From: a phage
Direction: 5' to 3' (one strand)
Sequence record: PZ154897.1
DNA length: 64,000 nucleotides
The notes under the pieces were generated by a model. It was not told where the DNA came from. It was given only the letters and a program-made list of their open reading frames with translations, and did not search any database. The number at the start of each line of letters is the position of its first letter. The stretch's first letter is position 1. Positions 9,338 through 18,670 of this stretch are shown piece after piece. Both the position numbers and the translations under genes were made by a program.

Positions 9338-10192
9338 TCACAATGAAGAAAATTCTTTAACTAAAGCCTGTAATGAAGCCTCTATTGGATATCCATTCTT
9401 AACTAACATTTTCCTAAACATCACATGTTTAGGACGATTATATGATATCCACAATTCATACAATTTATCTTTATTATCCCAATGATAGCCTTTTCGTCGA
9501 GATGCTATATGAGCTTTTCTAATCTCCGGATTTTTCCAACTAGCAGCTACTGAATTTGATATAGCTATTTTATATTCAGGTTTTGATAAAGCAGCGCGAA
9601 CAGCCCTTTGGTGTTTAATTTTATTTTCTTCGTTATTAAACCATTCCCTTGAAGCCATTGAAATTTTTTGTTTTGTTTTAAAATTATTTAATCTTTCTTT
9701 GTTATCTTTTCTATTTTTTGCTACTGAAAAATATTTTAATGCCCTTTCTCTAGCAGCATTTCTATTTTGCGGATTTGAATAATACTGTTGAAGCCTTTTT
9801 GATATTGTGTCACTTACATCTTGTTTTATAAAACTATATTCAGCAGCTATTAAATCAACTTCGGCTAAAGATAAATTTTTATATGTTTTTCCTGACATCA
9901 TTCTATTTAAAGCATTTAGCATTTTTCCATTTTTACCTTTTGCTAATAAGAAATGTGCTTTGAAATGATTGAAATGACTTAAATTAACTAAATTCCATGT
10001 AGATTTTAAATATTCAGGAAATATTGATTTAGGAAGCACGTGATGTGCTTCCGTTTTACCTGGAGTTTTAACAGTTGAATTCATAGAAATAAAATTAATG
10101 TAAGACTTGGCGTCTTCTTCGCTCAACACTAATTTTTCAACTAATTCCTTTATTAAAAATTCATCATTAATATCAAGTTTAAAATTCTTCAC
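9338..10192 (-). CDS. HNH-family homing-endonuclease-like protein (AT-rich insert between 46 and 47)
   Basis: 284 aa; EAHHVLPKS...NLVNLSHFNHFKAH resembles the HNH motif of the mob-type ORFs; basic Lys/Asn-rich C-terminus. Confidence 0.5.
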   Translation of the reverse strand: MKNFKLDINDEFLIKELVEKLVLSEEDAKSYINFISMNSTVKTPGKTEAHHVLPKSIFPEYLKSTWNLVNLSHFNHFKAHFLLAKGKNGKMLNALNRMMSGKTYKNLSLAEVDLIAAEYSFIKQDVSDTISKRLQQYYSNPQNRNAARERALKYFSVAKNRKDNKERLNNFKTKQKISMASREWFNNEENKIKHQRAVRAALSKPEYKIAISNSVAASWKNPEIRKAHIASRRKGYHWDNKDKLYELWISYNRPKHVMFRKMLVKNGYPIEASLQALVKEFSSL

Positions 10193-10404
10193 AAAAGATT
10201 CCTTTTAATGTATCTTTTAGACCATTCTATCATATCATCATAATCTAAAAAGTATTCATCAAATTCAGCCATGCAAACAACACCTTGTGCTGCTTTTGAT
10301 GTGATATAAATTATTCCAACATATCTAGAATCTTCTTCGGTGTAATCAATATTTGCTATGAATTCATCGTTAATGTCAAATGTCGAAAACTTCACAGTAT
10401 GCAT
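10189..10404 (-). CDS. hypothetical small protein (46.1/46.2 region)
   Basis: ORF 10189..10452 trimmed to internal Met (MHTVKFSTFDINDEF...); start uncertain. Confidence 0.4.
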   Translation of the reverse strand: MHTVKFSTFDINDEFIANIDYTEEDSRYVGIIYITSKAAQGVVCMAEFDEYFLDYDDMIEWSKRYIKRNLL

Positions 10405-10639
10405 CCTTAATACAAGATACAGCCATATCTTGTAATGATTTAGGTGTGTCATTATCTAAAATGTTGAAGTTAAAAGATACAGCCCAGTCAGTGCAGACCG
10501 TGACCTTTTTAATACAATTATCTTCAACCTCTAACGGTTCAAACCAATATTCAATAATTTCTTTATGCCCAATATCATCTTTTACTTCACATTCAAAATG
10601 CTGACTCATCATAACATTTTTAAATTCATCAAAAGTCAT
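10376..10639 (-). CDS. hypothetical small protein (46.1/46.2 region)
   Basis: 87-aa ORF abutting gene 47 stop. Confidence 0.45.
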   Translation of the reverse strand: MTFDEFKNVMMSQHFECEVKDDIGHKEIIEYWFEPLEVEDNCIKKVTVCTDWAVSFNFNILDNDTPKSLQDMAVSCIKDAYCEVFDI

Positions 10640-11655
10640 TGTGTTGCCTCTACATATAACTGATTTGCATATTGAATAAGTGCTTCGCGATCAGAATCAG
10701 TGATGTCTGGAATTGCATTAATGTATTCTTCCATCAACGTCTGAAGAGATTGAACTTCAACTTCTTCGCTATCATCTGACTCGACAGAGTTATCAATCTT
10801 TGACACAACTCGTAATGAATGCACAACTTTTTCTAGTTCAGATTCGAACTTCGTTAGATTTTTGTCTACCTCAGTTACTATAACACGCACTGATAGATTT
10901 GTAAAATCTTTATAGTCAATTTTTCCCTTAAATGGATACTGAATTCGACGATGCCAGGTAGTGTTGTTTGGAATAAATTCCATTCGTTCTGTTTCTGTAT
11001 CAAACATCCAGAACCCGCGAGGGTCATTCTCGTCACCTGCAGTTAGTGTCCATGGTGTCCCAATATATCTGACGTTAGCAGCCTCAGAGATAGTATGGAA
11101 GTGACCAGACCACACCTCTTTATAAGTCTTAAGGAAATCAGGTTCAAGACCGTGAGATTTCATTCCTTTATAAAAATAAAATCCATTCAACTCCCAGTGA
11201 CCAACACAAAAAGAAGCAGATGAAGTTTTGATGTGTTCAAGAATTTCACCAGTATTTTCTTCGCACATCCAAGGAATTAAATCAATCAAACATCCGTCAA
11301 AATCTACTGTAGTAGGCTTATCATATACTTTAACATTAGGATATTTAGCCAAAAGCTCAGTAGAGGCATTTGGATGCATTACATTTTTATAGTGGAGATC
11401 GTGATTTCCTACAATAGTATGTAATGTGATTCCAACGTCATCAAGCATTTGAACTATTTCGCGAGCAAACTCCATAGTTTTATGCGTGATCGCTTTTCGC
11501 ACATCAAAAATATCACCATATTGAATCCATACAGTAATTCCGTTTTTCTTAGAATATTCTATCGCTTGCTTAATTCCATCAATTTGAATACCGCGAATCC
11601 ACTCATCATCAGCTTTAACGCCTAAATGCCAATCACCTAAATTTAAAATTTTCAT
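10636..11655 (-). CDS. 47: recombination endonuclease subunit gp47 (Mre11/SbcD-like phosphoesterase)
   Basis: 339 aa; MKILNLGDWHLG...; calcineurin-like motifs GDIFD, GNHD, GHWE. Confidence 0.95.
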   Translation of the reverse strand: MKILNLGDWHLGVKADDEWIRGIQIDGIKQAIEYSKKNGITVWIQYGDIFDVRKAITHKTMEFAREIVQMLDDVGITLHTIVGNHDLHYKNVMHPNASTELLAKYPNVKVYDKPTTVDFDGCLIDLIPWMCEENTGEILEHIKTSSASFCVGHWELNGFYFYKGMKSHGLEPDFLKTYKEVWSGHFHTISEAANVRYIGTPWTLTAGDENDPRGFWMFDTETERMEFIPNNTTWHRRIQYPFKGKIDYKDFTNLSVRVIVTEVDKNLTKFESELEKVVHSLRVVSKIDNSVESDDSEEVEVQSLQTLMEEYINAIPDITDSDREALIQYANQLYVEATQ

Positions 11656-11815
11656 ATATCAAGAACCGTCATTGAAATGCAAAATAAAATTATTGAAATA
11701 AATCCATCTGGAGTGCTAAAGAACCCAATCCAACATGCTCTAGTGAATAGATAAAATGCAAGAAAAAGTATCACATATCCAAGAAATATCATTATATCAA
11801 ACTCCGTATAAAGCT

Positions 11816-11833
11816 AAAGGGCCGAAGCCCTTT
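11816..11833 (-). other. AAAGGGC-UUCG-GCCCUUU tetraloop hairpin overlapping the a-gt stop codon
   Basis: perfect 7-bp palindrome with cgaa loop. Confidence 0.5.
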
Positions 11834-13034
11834 ATTTTGTAATAATGTCAAACTGTTCTTTAAAGCAGAAGCTTGAATCTTGATGCTGATACAAAAATTC
11901 ATAAGCTTTTTCACGTTCACGGTCATAAAGAGCTCGGTCAGATGACAGTTCTTTAATACGTTCAAATGTTGATTCCATGTCATTTTCATCAAACCAAACG
12001 ATACCGCTATCGTGTGAAATTAATGGAGTATTATCAACACGGAATTTTAAATTTTCGCCAGTACATTTCCAAAATACCGGAATTGTTCCACATGCACCAA
12101 GCTCGAGATGAGTATATTCTAAAGAACGTTGTAGATATTTTTTGTCCAACTTACTCAGCTGATAACCAAATCCGGATTTACTCATGCGTTCAAGCATTTC
12201 GCTATTTACATAACGGTCGAGAATTTGCGTCGGCAAATTAGGAGCAATTTTAATTTGGTCTACTTGGTGAAGACGATAATACTCGTATGGAATTCCTTTT
12301 TCTTTAATAGGAATGAACGCTGGAGAACGTTCCAGACCTTCCATAATAGTACTTAGTCCTGCAGGTTTAAGATGTTTTTCATGAAAATCAAACATCTGAT
12401 AAAAACCTTTCCATGTAGTCGTACGACCAATCCAACGGTTGATATTCATGTTAATTTCAGAAACATCTTTCCAGTAGGTTGACCGAACCTTCGCAATATC
12501 CATAGGAGGCTGAAAGTTATATACTGCCGGTGCTTCTTCAATATCATCAAACAGAGAAACTGTTTCAGGATACCATTCTTTCATCAGAACTTTATTAAAA
12601 TCACCATTATCAGAATGGCTAAAAATAACATCAGCTCGACGAACAGTTTCTTCTAATCCCAAATTTCGGCGCAAAGAAAGAGAAGAATGGTCATGTTGAT
12701 AAACTACAACACGAACAGAAGGTTTAATGTTATCAATAATTTTTTTATAGTTATTAATAGTGTCTTCTTCAACCGAAGTAGCAGGAACTGAATTGATAAT
12801 TAGAATATCACAATCATTTACCAGCTTAAGTGTTTTATCGTATTCTTTTGCCAATAAAACTGGAATTGAAAATGATTTATAATCATGCGCGCAATTACGA
12901 GTAAATGATTTATCTTTAGCATAAACCAAAGTCACTTCATGACCATTTTTAATAAACCAATCACGTTGCTCGAGTGAGAATTTTGTTACACCACAACCTT
13001 CAAGACCTCGAGCCATAAAAATACATACTTTCAT
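11832..13034 (-). CDS. a-gt: DNA alpha-glucosyltransferase
   Basis: 400 aa; MKVCIFMARGLEGCGVTKFSLEQRDWFIKNGHEVTLVYAKDKSF... matches T4 a-gt from memory. Confidence 0.9.
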   Translation of the reverse strand: MKVCIFMARGLEGCGVTKFSLEQRDWFIKNGHEVTLVYAKDKSFTRNCAHDYKSFSIPVLLAKEYDKTLKLVNDCDILIINSVPATSVEEDTINNYKKIIDNIKPSVRVVVYQHDHSSLSLRRNLGLEETVRRADVIFSHSDNGDFNKVLMKEWYPETVSLFDDIEEAPAVYNFQPPMDIAKVRSTYWKDVSEINMNINRWIGRTTTWKGFYQMFDFHEKHLKPAGLSTIMEGLERSPAFIPIKEKGIPYEYYRLHQVDQIKIAPNLPTQILDRYVNSEMLERMSKSGFGYQLSKLDKKYLQRSLEYTHLELGACGTIPVFWKCTGENLKFRVDNTPLISHDSGIVWFDENDMESTFERIKELSSDRALYDREREKAYEFLYQHQDSSFCFKEQFDIITK

Positions 13035-13085
13035 TTAATATCCTCTTTGTTTTGGTTTATTTTACCAAAAATTTATAAAGCAATA

Positions 13086-13103
13086 TAGGAGCCGAAGCTC
13101 CTA
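13086..13103 (-). other. UAGGAGC-UUCG-GCUCCUA tetraloop hairpin
   Basis: taggagc-cgaa-gctccta palindrome overlapping the stop of the 56-aa ORF. Confidence 0.45.
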
Positions 13104-13271
13104 TCCACATAATACGTCATACAGAGGCTCATTTGAACTTTTAAATCGAATGGGCTTGTACGTAATAGTTCCTTCGGCTTTAGCTTTATCATAAGACTCT
13201 TTAAAACGTCTCATTCTTTCTGCTTTGCCTTTACGGATTTTATCGAAATTTTCAGAAGTCTGGGTGTTCAT
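13101..13271 (-). CDS. hypothetical small basic protein (56 aa), not in ORF track
   Basis: manual translation MNTQTSENFDKIRKGKAERMRRFKESYDKAKAEGTITYKPIRFKSSNEPLYDVLCG; ATG at 13269-13271 directly after upstream stop. Confidence 0.4.
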   Translation of the reverse strand: MNTQTSENFDKIRKGKAERMRRFKESYDKAKAEGTITYKPIRFKSSNEPLYDVLCG

Positions 13272-13274
13272 CTT

Positions 13275-13481
13275 TCACAGTTGCCACCATTTTTTGACTT
13301 GATAAGAATCAACCCACACTTTCATATTAGGGTCTGCTCTTACAATAGGAGGATTAACTTCTTTAATTGAACTATCATGGTATTCTTTTTCAGAAATTTT
13401 CACACAAAGATGACCGTTCAAAGATTCAGTAAATCCTGCATTAATTTTAAGACGCTTGAATTTTACGTGTGTAAGCATCAA
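13275..13481 (-). CDS. hypothetical small protein
   Basis: 68-aa ORF in packed minus-strand array. Confidence 0.4.
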   Translation of the reverse strand: MMLTHVKFKRLKINAGFTESLNGHLCVKISEKEYHDSSIKEVNPPIVRADPNMKVWVDSYQVKKWWQL

Positions 13482-13764
13482 TCATATCCTCAATCTGCGA
13501 TCTAGTAGTCTTCCAAAGAATACTAATGAGTTCATCGTTATATGGCTGTTTTAGAATATCCCGACTTTTCTTGATAGCATATTCGTATTGAGCAAAATTA
13601 TTGTTTTCGGCTGCAATCTGAGCATGTTTATAAAGACGGTTCAGTTCGCGTTTATTTTTAGACAATAACTTATTTGCTTTTCTTTCTGCTTCAAGACGGT
13701 TCTTTTCTTCAATAGAAGAAATAAGCTTTTCAACTTCATCATTAATTTCGGATTTATCAGTCAT
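13447..13764 (-). CDS. hypothetical protein (105 aa, helical/charged)
   Basis: ORF in a-gt to 55 interval. Confidence 0.5.
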   Translation of the reverse strand: MTDKSEINDEVEKLISSIEEKNRLEAERKANKLLSKNKRELNRLYKHAQIAAENNNFAQYEYAIKKSRDILKQPYNDELISILWKTTRSQIEDMIDAYTRKIQAS

Positions 13765-13765
13765 A

Positions 13766-13984
13766 TTATTTCTCTAATATAAAATAAAAATCATCATCTG
13801 TTAAATGATACCGATAGTTTAATTCTACACCATTAGATTTAAAAGCGGTATCATACGGATTTTCTGGATCAATATCAATGTCAAGAGCTAAAACTTCCCT
13901 GAGATACATTTTAAGTAAATAGGGAATAGCTTCAACTTCAGGTATTTCTTCCAAGAATCCGGAGAGGTTAATCGTTAGCCTCAT
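13766..13984 (-). CDS. hypothetical small protein
   Basis: 72-aa ORF immediately downstream of gene 55. Confidence 0.5.
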
Positions 13985-14525
13985 ATAAAAAATCCAAACT
14001 AGGAGAATCGTCTACAACACTTTTCTTTTCAGCCCCCGGTGTTCTATAGGTTGATTCTTCGTAATGCGTCATTTTATCGTAGATGTCTTGAATAAAAGTT
14101 TCATCTACTAACGCAACCATATCGTCGTCACGGCTGTCATAGACATTGTGAACGAAGTAACTATATTTCTTTGCAACTTCCTTACGTTCTTTTTTAATAC
14201 GCTGGACGAATGCATTAAAACAAGCTTGAGTTATATACGCATGTGGGTTTTTATATTTCGTTTCATCAAAATTATGAAGCCCCTTAATAGAAGCTTCTAT
14301 ACCATCTGCAATCATTTCTTGTTTCCAAGACTGGGTGTATCCTGAAAAGTTGAAACGTTTAGATAAGCCTTCTGCAATAAGCATAATGGCTAATCCGATA
14401 GTATCATTCTGACGAACTACTTTATTTGGGTCTTTATTATTTGCTAATTCTGTTTTCCAATCAATAATAGCTTGTAAAAGCTCTTTATTGTTTACGTAAT
14501 TATATTTAGGCTTAGTTTCTGACAT
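13968..14525 (-). CDS. 55: late-transcription sigma factor gp55
   Basis: 185 aa from [54 protein letters not shown]...; matches T4 gp55 from memory. Confidence 0.95.
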
Positions 14526-14603
14526 TTTCACCTCTTAGCTCAATTCATAGATCTATTATATCATAATATTTGAAGATCTATCTTAAAGCATAGAGGATAT
14601 CAG

Positions 14604-14873
14604 TTATCTAAGTAAACAGTATGCTTGGAACACTTTCTCCATCATCTTTTTAAATTCATGAATATCTATGTAATGATCATTAATATCAGCACGATATAAA
14701 AAGTCTAAAAACTTTTTATGGGTGTTAGAATATTTACTTTCATTTAATTCAGAAACATGGCTTTCCCAATATCCAACACCAATCTTATTTGGGAAAAATG
14801 AAATTTTCATGTATTGGTCAACATAGAAAATACCAAAATTTTCAATAGCAATAGAAATATTAATTAATTTCAT
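14604..14873 (-). CDS. hypothetical protein (55.x region)
   Basis: 89-aa ORF. Confidence 0.45.
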   Translation of the reverse strand: MKLINISIAIENFGIFYVDQYMKISFFPNKIGVGYWESHVSELNESKYSNTHKKFLDFLYRADINDHYIDIHEFKKMMEKVFQAYCLLR

Positions 14874-15085
14874 GCATTCATCAACTTAGCCGCTTCAAGA
14901 GCTGCATCTAGTGAATCAAATTGGTCAACGTATTCAATCAATTCGCCGTAATTAGCGTATAACCACCATTGGCTAAATTCATACTCAAGGATGAATCCAT
15001 TTCCTTCAATTTGAGTTAAACCAATACCGTTTGTATTTACTTCATATCCGGCAAGACGCAAATCGTTAATAAGAGCTTCGTTCAT
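14870..15085 (-). CDS. hypothetical small protein (55.x region)
   Basis: 71-aa ORF, 4-bp overlap with neighbour. Confidence 0.5.
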   Translation of the reverse strand: MNEALINDLRLAGYEVNTNGIGLTQIEGNGFILEYEFSQWWLYANYGELIEYVDQFDSLDAALEAAKLMNA

Positions 15086-15087
15086 AA

Positions 15088-15414
15088 TTATACCTTAGCA
15101 ATTTTCAGGTCTGCAAATTTTTTCTTGCGTTGATTTTTCATGCGACGAATAGTTTTATCGGAAATTTCATGCTTTTGATAAGCTTTAGATTCTACACCAA
15201 AAGCTTTAACATCAAATTCTGACAAGATATATTGAACCAACAATTCACGGACAGTATTGCGTCCAATCTTCTGATCATTCTGTTTCATCATTTGATGAAG
15301 CTCTTTTTCCCATTTATCCAAAATTTGAGGAGTTACAATATCGCCTTTTTCTAGCAAAGAAACTACTTTATCATATGCGTAAGAATTAATGACGTTTTTA
15401 ATTTGAATAGTCAT
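15088..15414 (-). CDS. hypothetical protein (55.x region)
   Basis: 108-aa ORF. Confidence 0.5.
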   Translation of the reverse strand: MTIQIKNVINSYAYDKVVSLLEKGDIVTPQILDKWEKELHQMMKQNDQKIGRNTVRELLVQYILSEFDVKAFGVESKAYQKHEISDKTIRRMKNQRKKKFADLKIAKV

Positions 15415-15452
15415 ACATTATCCTCAATTACGTTAAAATTTTATTATCCAAA

Positions 15453-15468
15453 AAGGGCCGAAGCCCTT
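15453..15468 (-). other. AAGGGC-UUCG-GCCCUU tetraloop hairpin
   Basis: aagggc-cgaa-gccctt palindrome. Confidence 0.5.
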
Positions 15469-15667
15469 AGCTAAACCGTTTGGCACCCTTCCAGCCTTCG
15501 TACATCATTGCGGCTGATATTAATATTGCTCCTGAGCAACTTGAATATTTGTGATTCCAAAACCAGTTTAGAAAAACTTCATCATCAATACCTTGGGCTA
15601 TCATATTTTCAAAGAACTGACGACGAGCTTCGGCAATTCGTTGTGATAATTTAGATTCAGGATTCAT
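15467..15667 (-). CDS. hypothetical small protein
   Basis: 66-aa ORF. Confidence 0.45.
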   Translation of the reverse strand: MNPESKLSQRIAEARRQFFENMIAQGIDDEVFLNWFWNHKYSSCSGAILISAAMMYEGWKGAKRFS

Positions 15668-15883
15668 TTAAATTTTCCAGTTACCGTTTTCATCAATAAA
15701 TTTAATCCAGTCATTTACTGACCACTTAGTTGTATCACCTTTTGGAGTAACATTTAAAGTGTATAATCCTTGTTTAAAAAGCATTCGTTTGATATTCATA
15801 TTTTCCTCAGCTGTAACGATAACACTCGTTTGATTTACGCTTAGCAACTCGTTGAGAAGTATTATAATCAAAATCATCGTCAA
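15668..15883 (-). CDS. hypothetical small protein
   Basis: 71-aa ORF. Confidence 0.45.
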   Translation of the reverse strand: MTMILIIILLNELLSVNQTSVIVTAEENMNIKRMLFKQGLYTLNVTPKGDTTKWSVNDWIKFIDENGNWKI

Positions 15884-16100
15884 TGTAAACTGATTTTTTC
15901 AACTTTCTTACTTCACTACGTAATTGACGATTTAGCTCATCTTTAACTTCTGAATCAATGCCTTTCATTCTACGCCATTTATCAGAGCGAAAAATGTTTT
16001 CAACCATATCTTTATGACTTACACCATCAGGAGCTTTGCGCTTTCCAAAATAGTCATAATCACGTACTTTTAAATCTTTACGACGATATGTTTTACCCAT
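15807..16100 (-). CDS. hypothetical basic protein
   Basis: ORF 15807..16145 trimmed to internal Met (MGKTYRRKDLKVRDYDYFGKRK...). Confidence 0.4.
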   Translation of the reverse strand: MGKTYRRKDLKVRDYDYFGKRKAPDGVSHKDMVENIFRSDKWRRMKGIDSEVKDELNRQLRSEVRKLKKSVYIDDDFDYNTSQRVAKRKSNECYRYS

Positions 16101-16275
16101 GGAGTTTAATTTCCTTAGCAACTGAACTAAATACAGCACGATCACAAATCATCTGTTTATGTAACTTGAGTATAAGATAATAAACTTCAAAACCGTTTAC
16201 GTAAGTAACACGAACAACATTACCATTAATAAAATAATATTGTCCCTTTTTAATTTCTTTATCAACCACAACCAT
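16093..16275 (-). CDS. hypothetical small protein
   Basis: 60-aa ORF immediately downstream of an early-promoter cassette. Confidence 0.45.
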   Translation of the reverse strand: MVVVDKEIKKGQYYFINGNVVRVTYVNGFEVYYLILKLHKQMICDRAVFSSVAKEIKLHG

Positions 16276-16303
16276 ATCAAATCCTCAAAGGCAATTCATA
16301 TGT

Positions 16304-16335
16304 TAATAATACCACAGTTTGAACTTCTTGTAAAC
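16304..16335 (-). promoter_or_regulatory. early sigma70-type promoter (repeat-cassette member)
   Basis: minus-strand GTTTAC (16330-16335), spacer, TGGTATTATTA (16304-16314); shared upstream TTTTCACAAAGTTGTTTAC. Confidence 0.5.
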
Positions 16336-16405
16336 AACTTTGTGAAAATTATTTTAGGGAACGATAAGAAGGGAACGATAGCTTAGAATGGTAATATACA
16401 GAATG

Positions 16406-16420
16406 TGAGAAAGAAAGGCC
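16406..16420 (-). terminator. GC-rich hairpin downstream of nrdH
   Basis: ggccc-agag-ggccc stem-loop followed on minus strand by UCUUUCUC. Confidence 0.4.
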
Positions 16421-16433
16421 CAGAGGGCCCGTC

Positions 16434-16754
16434 TTAGTCTTCTATGATATCTCTATCATATCCAAGTGAAATGAGAGTTTCTTTGAAGTGTTTAATGTTC
16501 TTTTGTCTAGAATCATTAATGAAAATGACTGGATAACGAATGTTAAGAGATGTGAATCCAGCGCGTTTAGCAAGAGATACAATCAATGGACGATCATACT
16601 CGATCTTACCATTATTTGTAAGAACTTTATAGAAAGTAAAAGGAGCATTGAGCTCCTTTAGAAGTTTTGTAACTGATTGACATCCAGGACAACGACCTAC
16701 TTCATCTGGAATTCCATAGACTTCAATCTTATTCTTTAAGTTCGAGTTTTGTTC
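16434..16754 (-). CDS. nrdH: glutaredoxin-like protein NrdH (CPGC redox motif)
   Basis: C-terminal ~100 aa IEVYGIPDEVGRCPGCQSVTKLLKELNAPFTFYKV... is a thioredoxin-fold signature; start uncertain (ORF-track start would overlap upstream gene; GTG at 16754 proposed). Confidence 0.65.
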   Translation of the reverse strand, partial: EQNSNLKNKIEVYGIPDEVGRCPGCQSVTKLLKELNAPFTFYKVLTNNGKIEYDRPLIVSLAKRAGFTSLNIRYPVIFINDSRQKNIKHFKETLISLGYDRDIIED

Positions 16755-17040
16755 CACGAGAAATAATTCCTTGATAAGCCCAGTATGGCGGGTTAACAGA
16801 ATCATCGCCAGAATTTTCTTCAGGAAAATAAACCTGGATAACAAATCCAGATGCATCAAAGGTAAAATAAACCGTAGGCAGTTCACCTAACAATTCAGCA
16901 CGAGCATTAATTTCTTCGAGATCTCGTTCACGTCCAGCCCAAAAACTAGGATTTAGACTACATTCATAGAAATAATAGTCATTACCAAACATATCAAACC
17001 CCTTCCAACTCTCTACCACATACTGCTCAAAACTAATCAT
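16729..17040 (-). CDS. hypothetical protein
   Basis: 103-aa ORF MISFEQYVVESWKGFDMFGNDYYFYECSLNPSFWAGRERDLEEINARAELLGELP... Confidence 0.5.
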   Translation of the reverse strand: MISFEQYVVESWKGFDMFGNDYYFYECSLNPSFWAGRERDLEEINARAELLGELPTVYFTFDASGFVIQVYFPEENSGDDSVNPPYWAYQGIISRGTKLELKE

Positions 17041-17042
17041 AA

Positions 17043-17282
17043 TTAAGCCTTTTTATCAAGAACAGCATTAAGCTTGTTAGTAATTTTATCCAGACGCTCA
17101 TTGAACTCGCTAGAAGATAAGCCTTTTTCTGGAGAAATTAAGCTAATTACGAAAAATATAGCAATAAAAGGAATAAGAAAAATAGCACCAACTGCCATAA
17201 ACAAAAAGAACGTTACAGTTGTAAGAAAATCAGCTAAACCTTTACGAAATTTATACATATTTACCCTTAATTGATTAACCAA
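17043..17282 (-). CDS. small membrane protein (one long TM segment)
   Basis: hydrophobic core FLTTVTFFLFMAVGAIFLIPFIAIFFVISLI; start may be internal Met. Confidence 0.45.
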   Translation of the reverse strand: MVNQLRVNMYKFRKGLADFLTTVTFFLFMAVGAIFLIPFIAIFFVISLISPEKGLSSSEFNERLDKITNKLNAVLDKKA

Positions 17283-17372
17283 GCATTGATAAGTACTAAA
17301 CTATACTGCGAATAAAATTCTGGACCAAAATGAAAAATCATATCATTTATAGTATCAATAATATAATTCAGT

Positions 17373-17843
17373 TTAATCATGTTTCCACACCCCATCGGTA
17401 TTTGACCAAAGTCGCTGATTATCTGAACCTCGCCACAGCTTTTTGGTTGGAAGATTTTTCTCATACTTCCCATCAATAATAACATCAACATATTTAAGCA
17501 TTTCTAGTTGTTTAATATCTTCAAACTTGTACCCTGTCCACAACCAAATGCTTTTATTTGGATAAAGATTTTTTACAGTTTGAACAATGCAATGAACATC
17601 ATCTCGGTTATCAGGATAAAGAGGGTCACCTCCAGTTATAGTTAATCCTTCTATATAATCATTATTCAAACATTCAATTAATTGTTCTAGTGTTTCACCA
17701 GTAAATGGAACGCCATTTCTAGCATTCCATGTTGATTTATTATAACACCCTTCGCATTTATGCAAACAACCTGTAACGAAAAGAACTGTCCTGCATCCAG
17801 GACCATTAACAAAGCAGCACGGGTATATTCTGTCATAATTCAT
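17373..17843 (-). CDS. nrdG: anaerobic ribonucleotide reductase activating protein NrdG (radical SAM)
   Basis: 156 aa from MNYDRIYPCCFVNGPGCRTVLFVTGCLHKCEGCYNK; Cys cluster CxxxCxxC; start ATG overlaps upstream stop (ATGA). Confidence 0.9.
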   Translation of the reverse strand: MNYDRIYPCCFVNGPGCRTVLFVTGCLHKCEGCYNKSTWNARNGVPFTGETLEQLIECLNNDYIEGLTITGGDPLYPDNRDDVHCIVQTVKNLYPNKSIWLWTGYKFEDIKQLEMLKYVDVIIDGKYEKNLPTKKLWRGSDNQRLWSNTDGVWKHD

Positions 17844-18670
17844 AATAATATCCAATTTTTCCAAGCTTCATCAGTAGAATTACAGCGTTTTAGTATAAGA
17901 TGTCTAGAAACTTTTATGGCATTTGAGCACTTTTTAATTGAATCATATTTAATACCGTCAACTGAAACGGTTTTGCTAGTTGGAGAAATTTTTCCATACA
18001 TTGGATTTTTTGAACCAACTTGAAGTCCTTTTAAAGCTTTTGAAAGCTTTTGTCTAGATTCCAATGACATGGGAGAATTCTTTTTACCTTCAATAATTCG
18101 CTTGCGATGAAGTTCGCGTTCTTCTTCACTCAAAGAATTGTAATATTTTTTAACACCGTTTGATATAGATAATTTATCTTTCTCAGACCGCTCTCCAGCT
18201 AATTTACTTCTAACATCTTTTCGCTTCATAGCTATGCTTACGGCTTTATTTAAATTTGCTTGATGCTCTGGCGTACGTTTATATTTCTTTAAAGCACGTG
18301 AAATAGCTATTTTAGTTTCTTCTGTTCTCTTTTTACCTTTATTTGCTAAACTATTTTTGCGGCGATGTTCAAGTGTCTGTTCATAGGCAGTTCCACCTTT
18401 TCCACCAGGTTTAATATTATATGTATTTTCTTTTAGACAATACTCTTCGGTTACAAGTTCAGCTTCTTTATCATACATTTGTTTTTCATTATCAAAAACA
18501 TGTAAAATTTCTTTATTAAAATTTTTTCTACCATATTTTAATAAAGCGGCACGAATCAATGTTCCTGACCCCATATAACCGTCATTTATGTTATCGGTGC
18601 TATGCGCACCGATATATTCCTTTGAATTAATTATATTTGTTATTTTATAAATTATATAATACCTATGCAT
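17840..18670 (-). CDS. GIY-YIG homing endonuclease (seg-like) with NUMOD-type DNA-binding repeats
   Basis: 276 aa; N-terminus YYIIYKITNIINSKEYIGAHST...YNIKPGG; about half the N-terminal residues match the segB-like ORF at 46478; overlaps nrdD stop and nrdG start. Confidence 0.8.
   Translation of the reverse strand: MHRYYIIYKITNIINSKEYIGAHSTDNINDGYMGSGTLIRAALLKYGRKNFNKEILHVFDNEKQMYDKEAELVTEEYCLKENTYNIKPGGKGGTAYEQTLEHRRKNSLANKGKKRTEETKIAISRALKKYKRTPEHQANLNKAVSIAMKRKDVRSKLAGERSEKDKLSISNGVKKYYNSLSEEERELHRKRIIEGKKNSPMSLESRQKLSKALKGLQVGSKNPMYGKISPTSKTVSVDGIKYDSIKKCSNAIKVSRHLILKRCNSTDEAWKNWILL

Noticed and set aside
11792-11992. 66-aa minus-strand ORF overlapping the 3' end of a-gt
   Set aside because: Out-of-frame overlap of ~160 nt with the alpha-glucosyltransferase gene; no SD; likely spurious
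14555-14598. Possible MotA-dependent middle promoter (TAAAGCA, reverse complement of the MotA box) upstream of gene 55
   Set aside because: MotA-box-like heptamer present but spacing to a convincing -10 hexamer could not be established by eye; left unannotated
17267-17491. 74-aa ORF overlapping the 3' end of nrdG
   Set aside because: 119-nt out-of-frame overlap with nrdG; only a ~37-aa product possible from an internal Met
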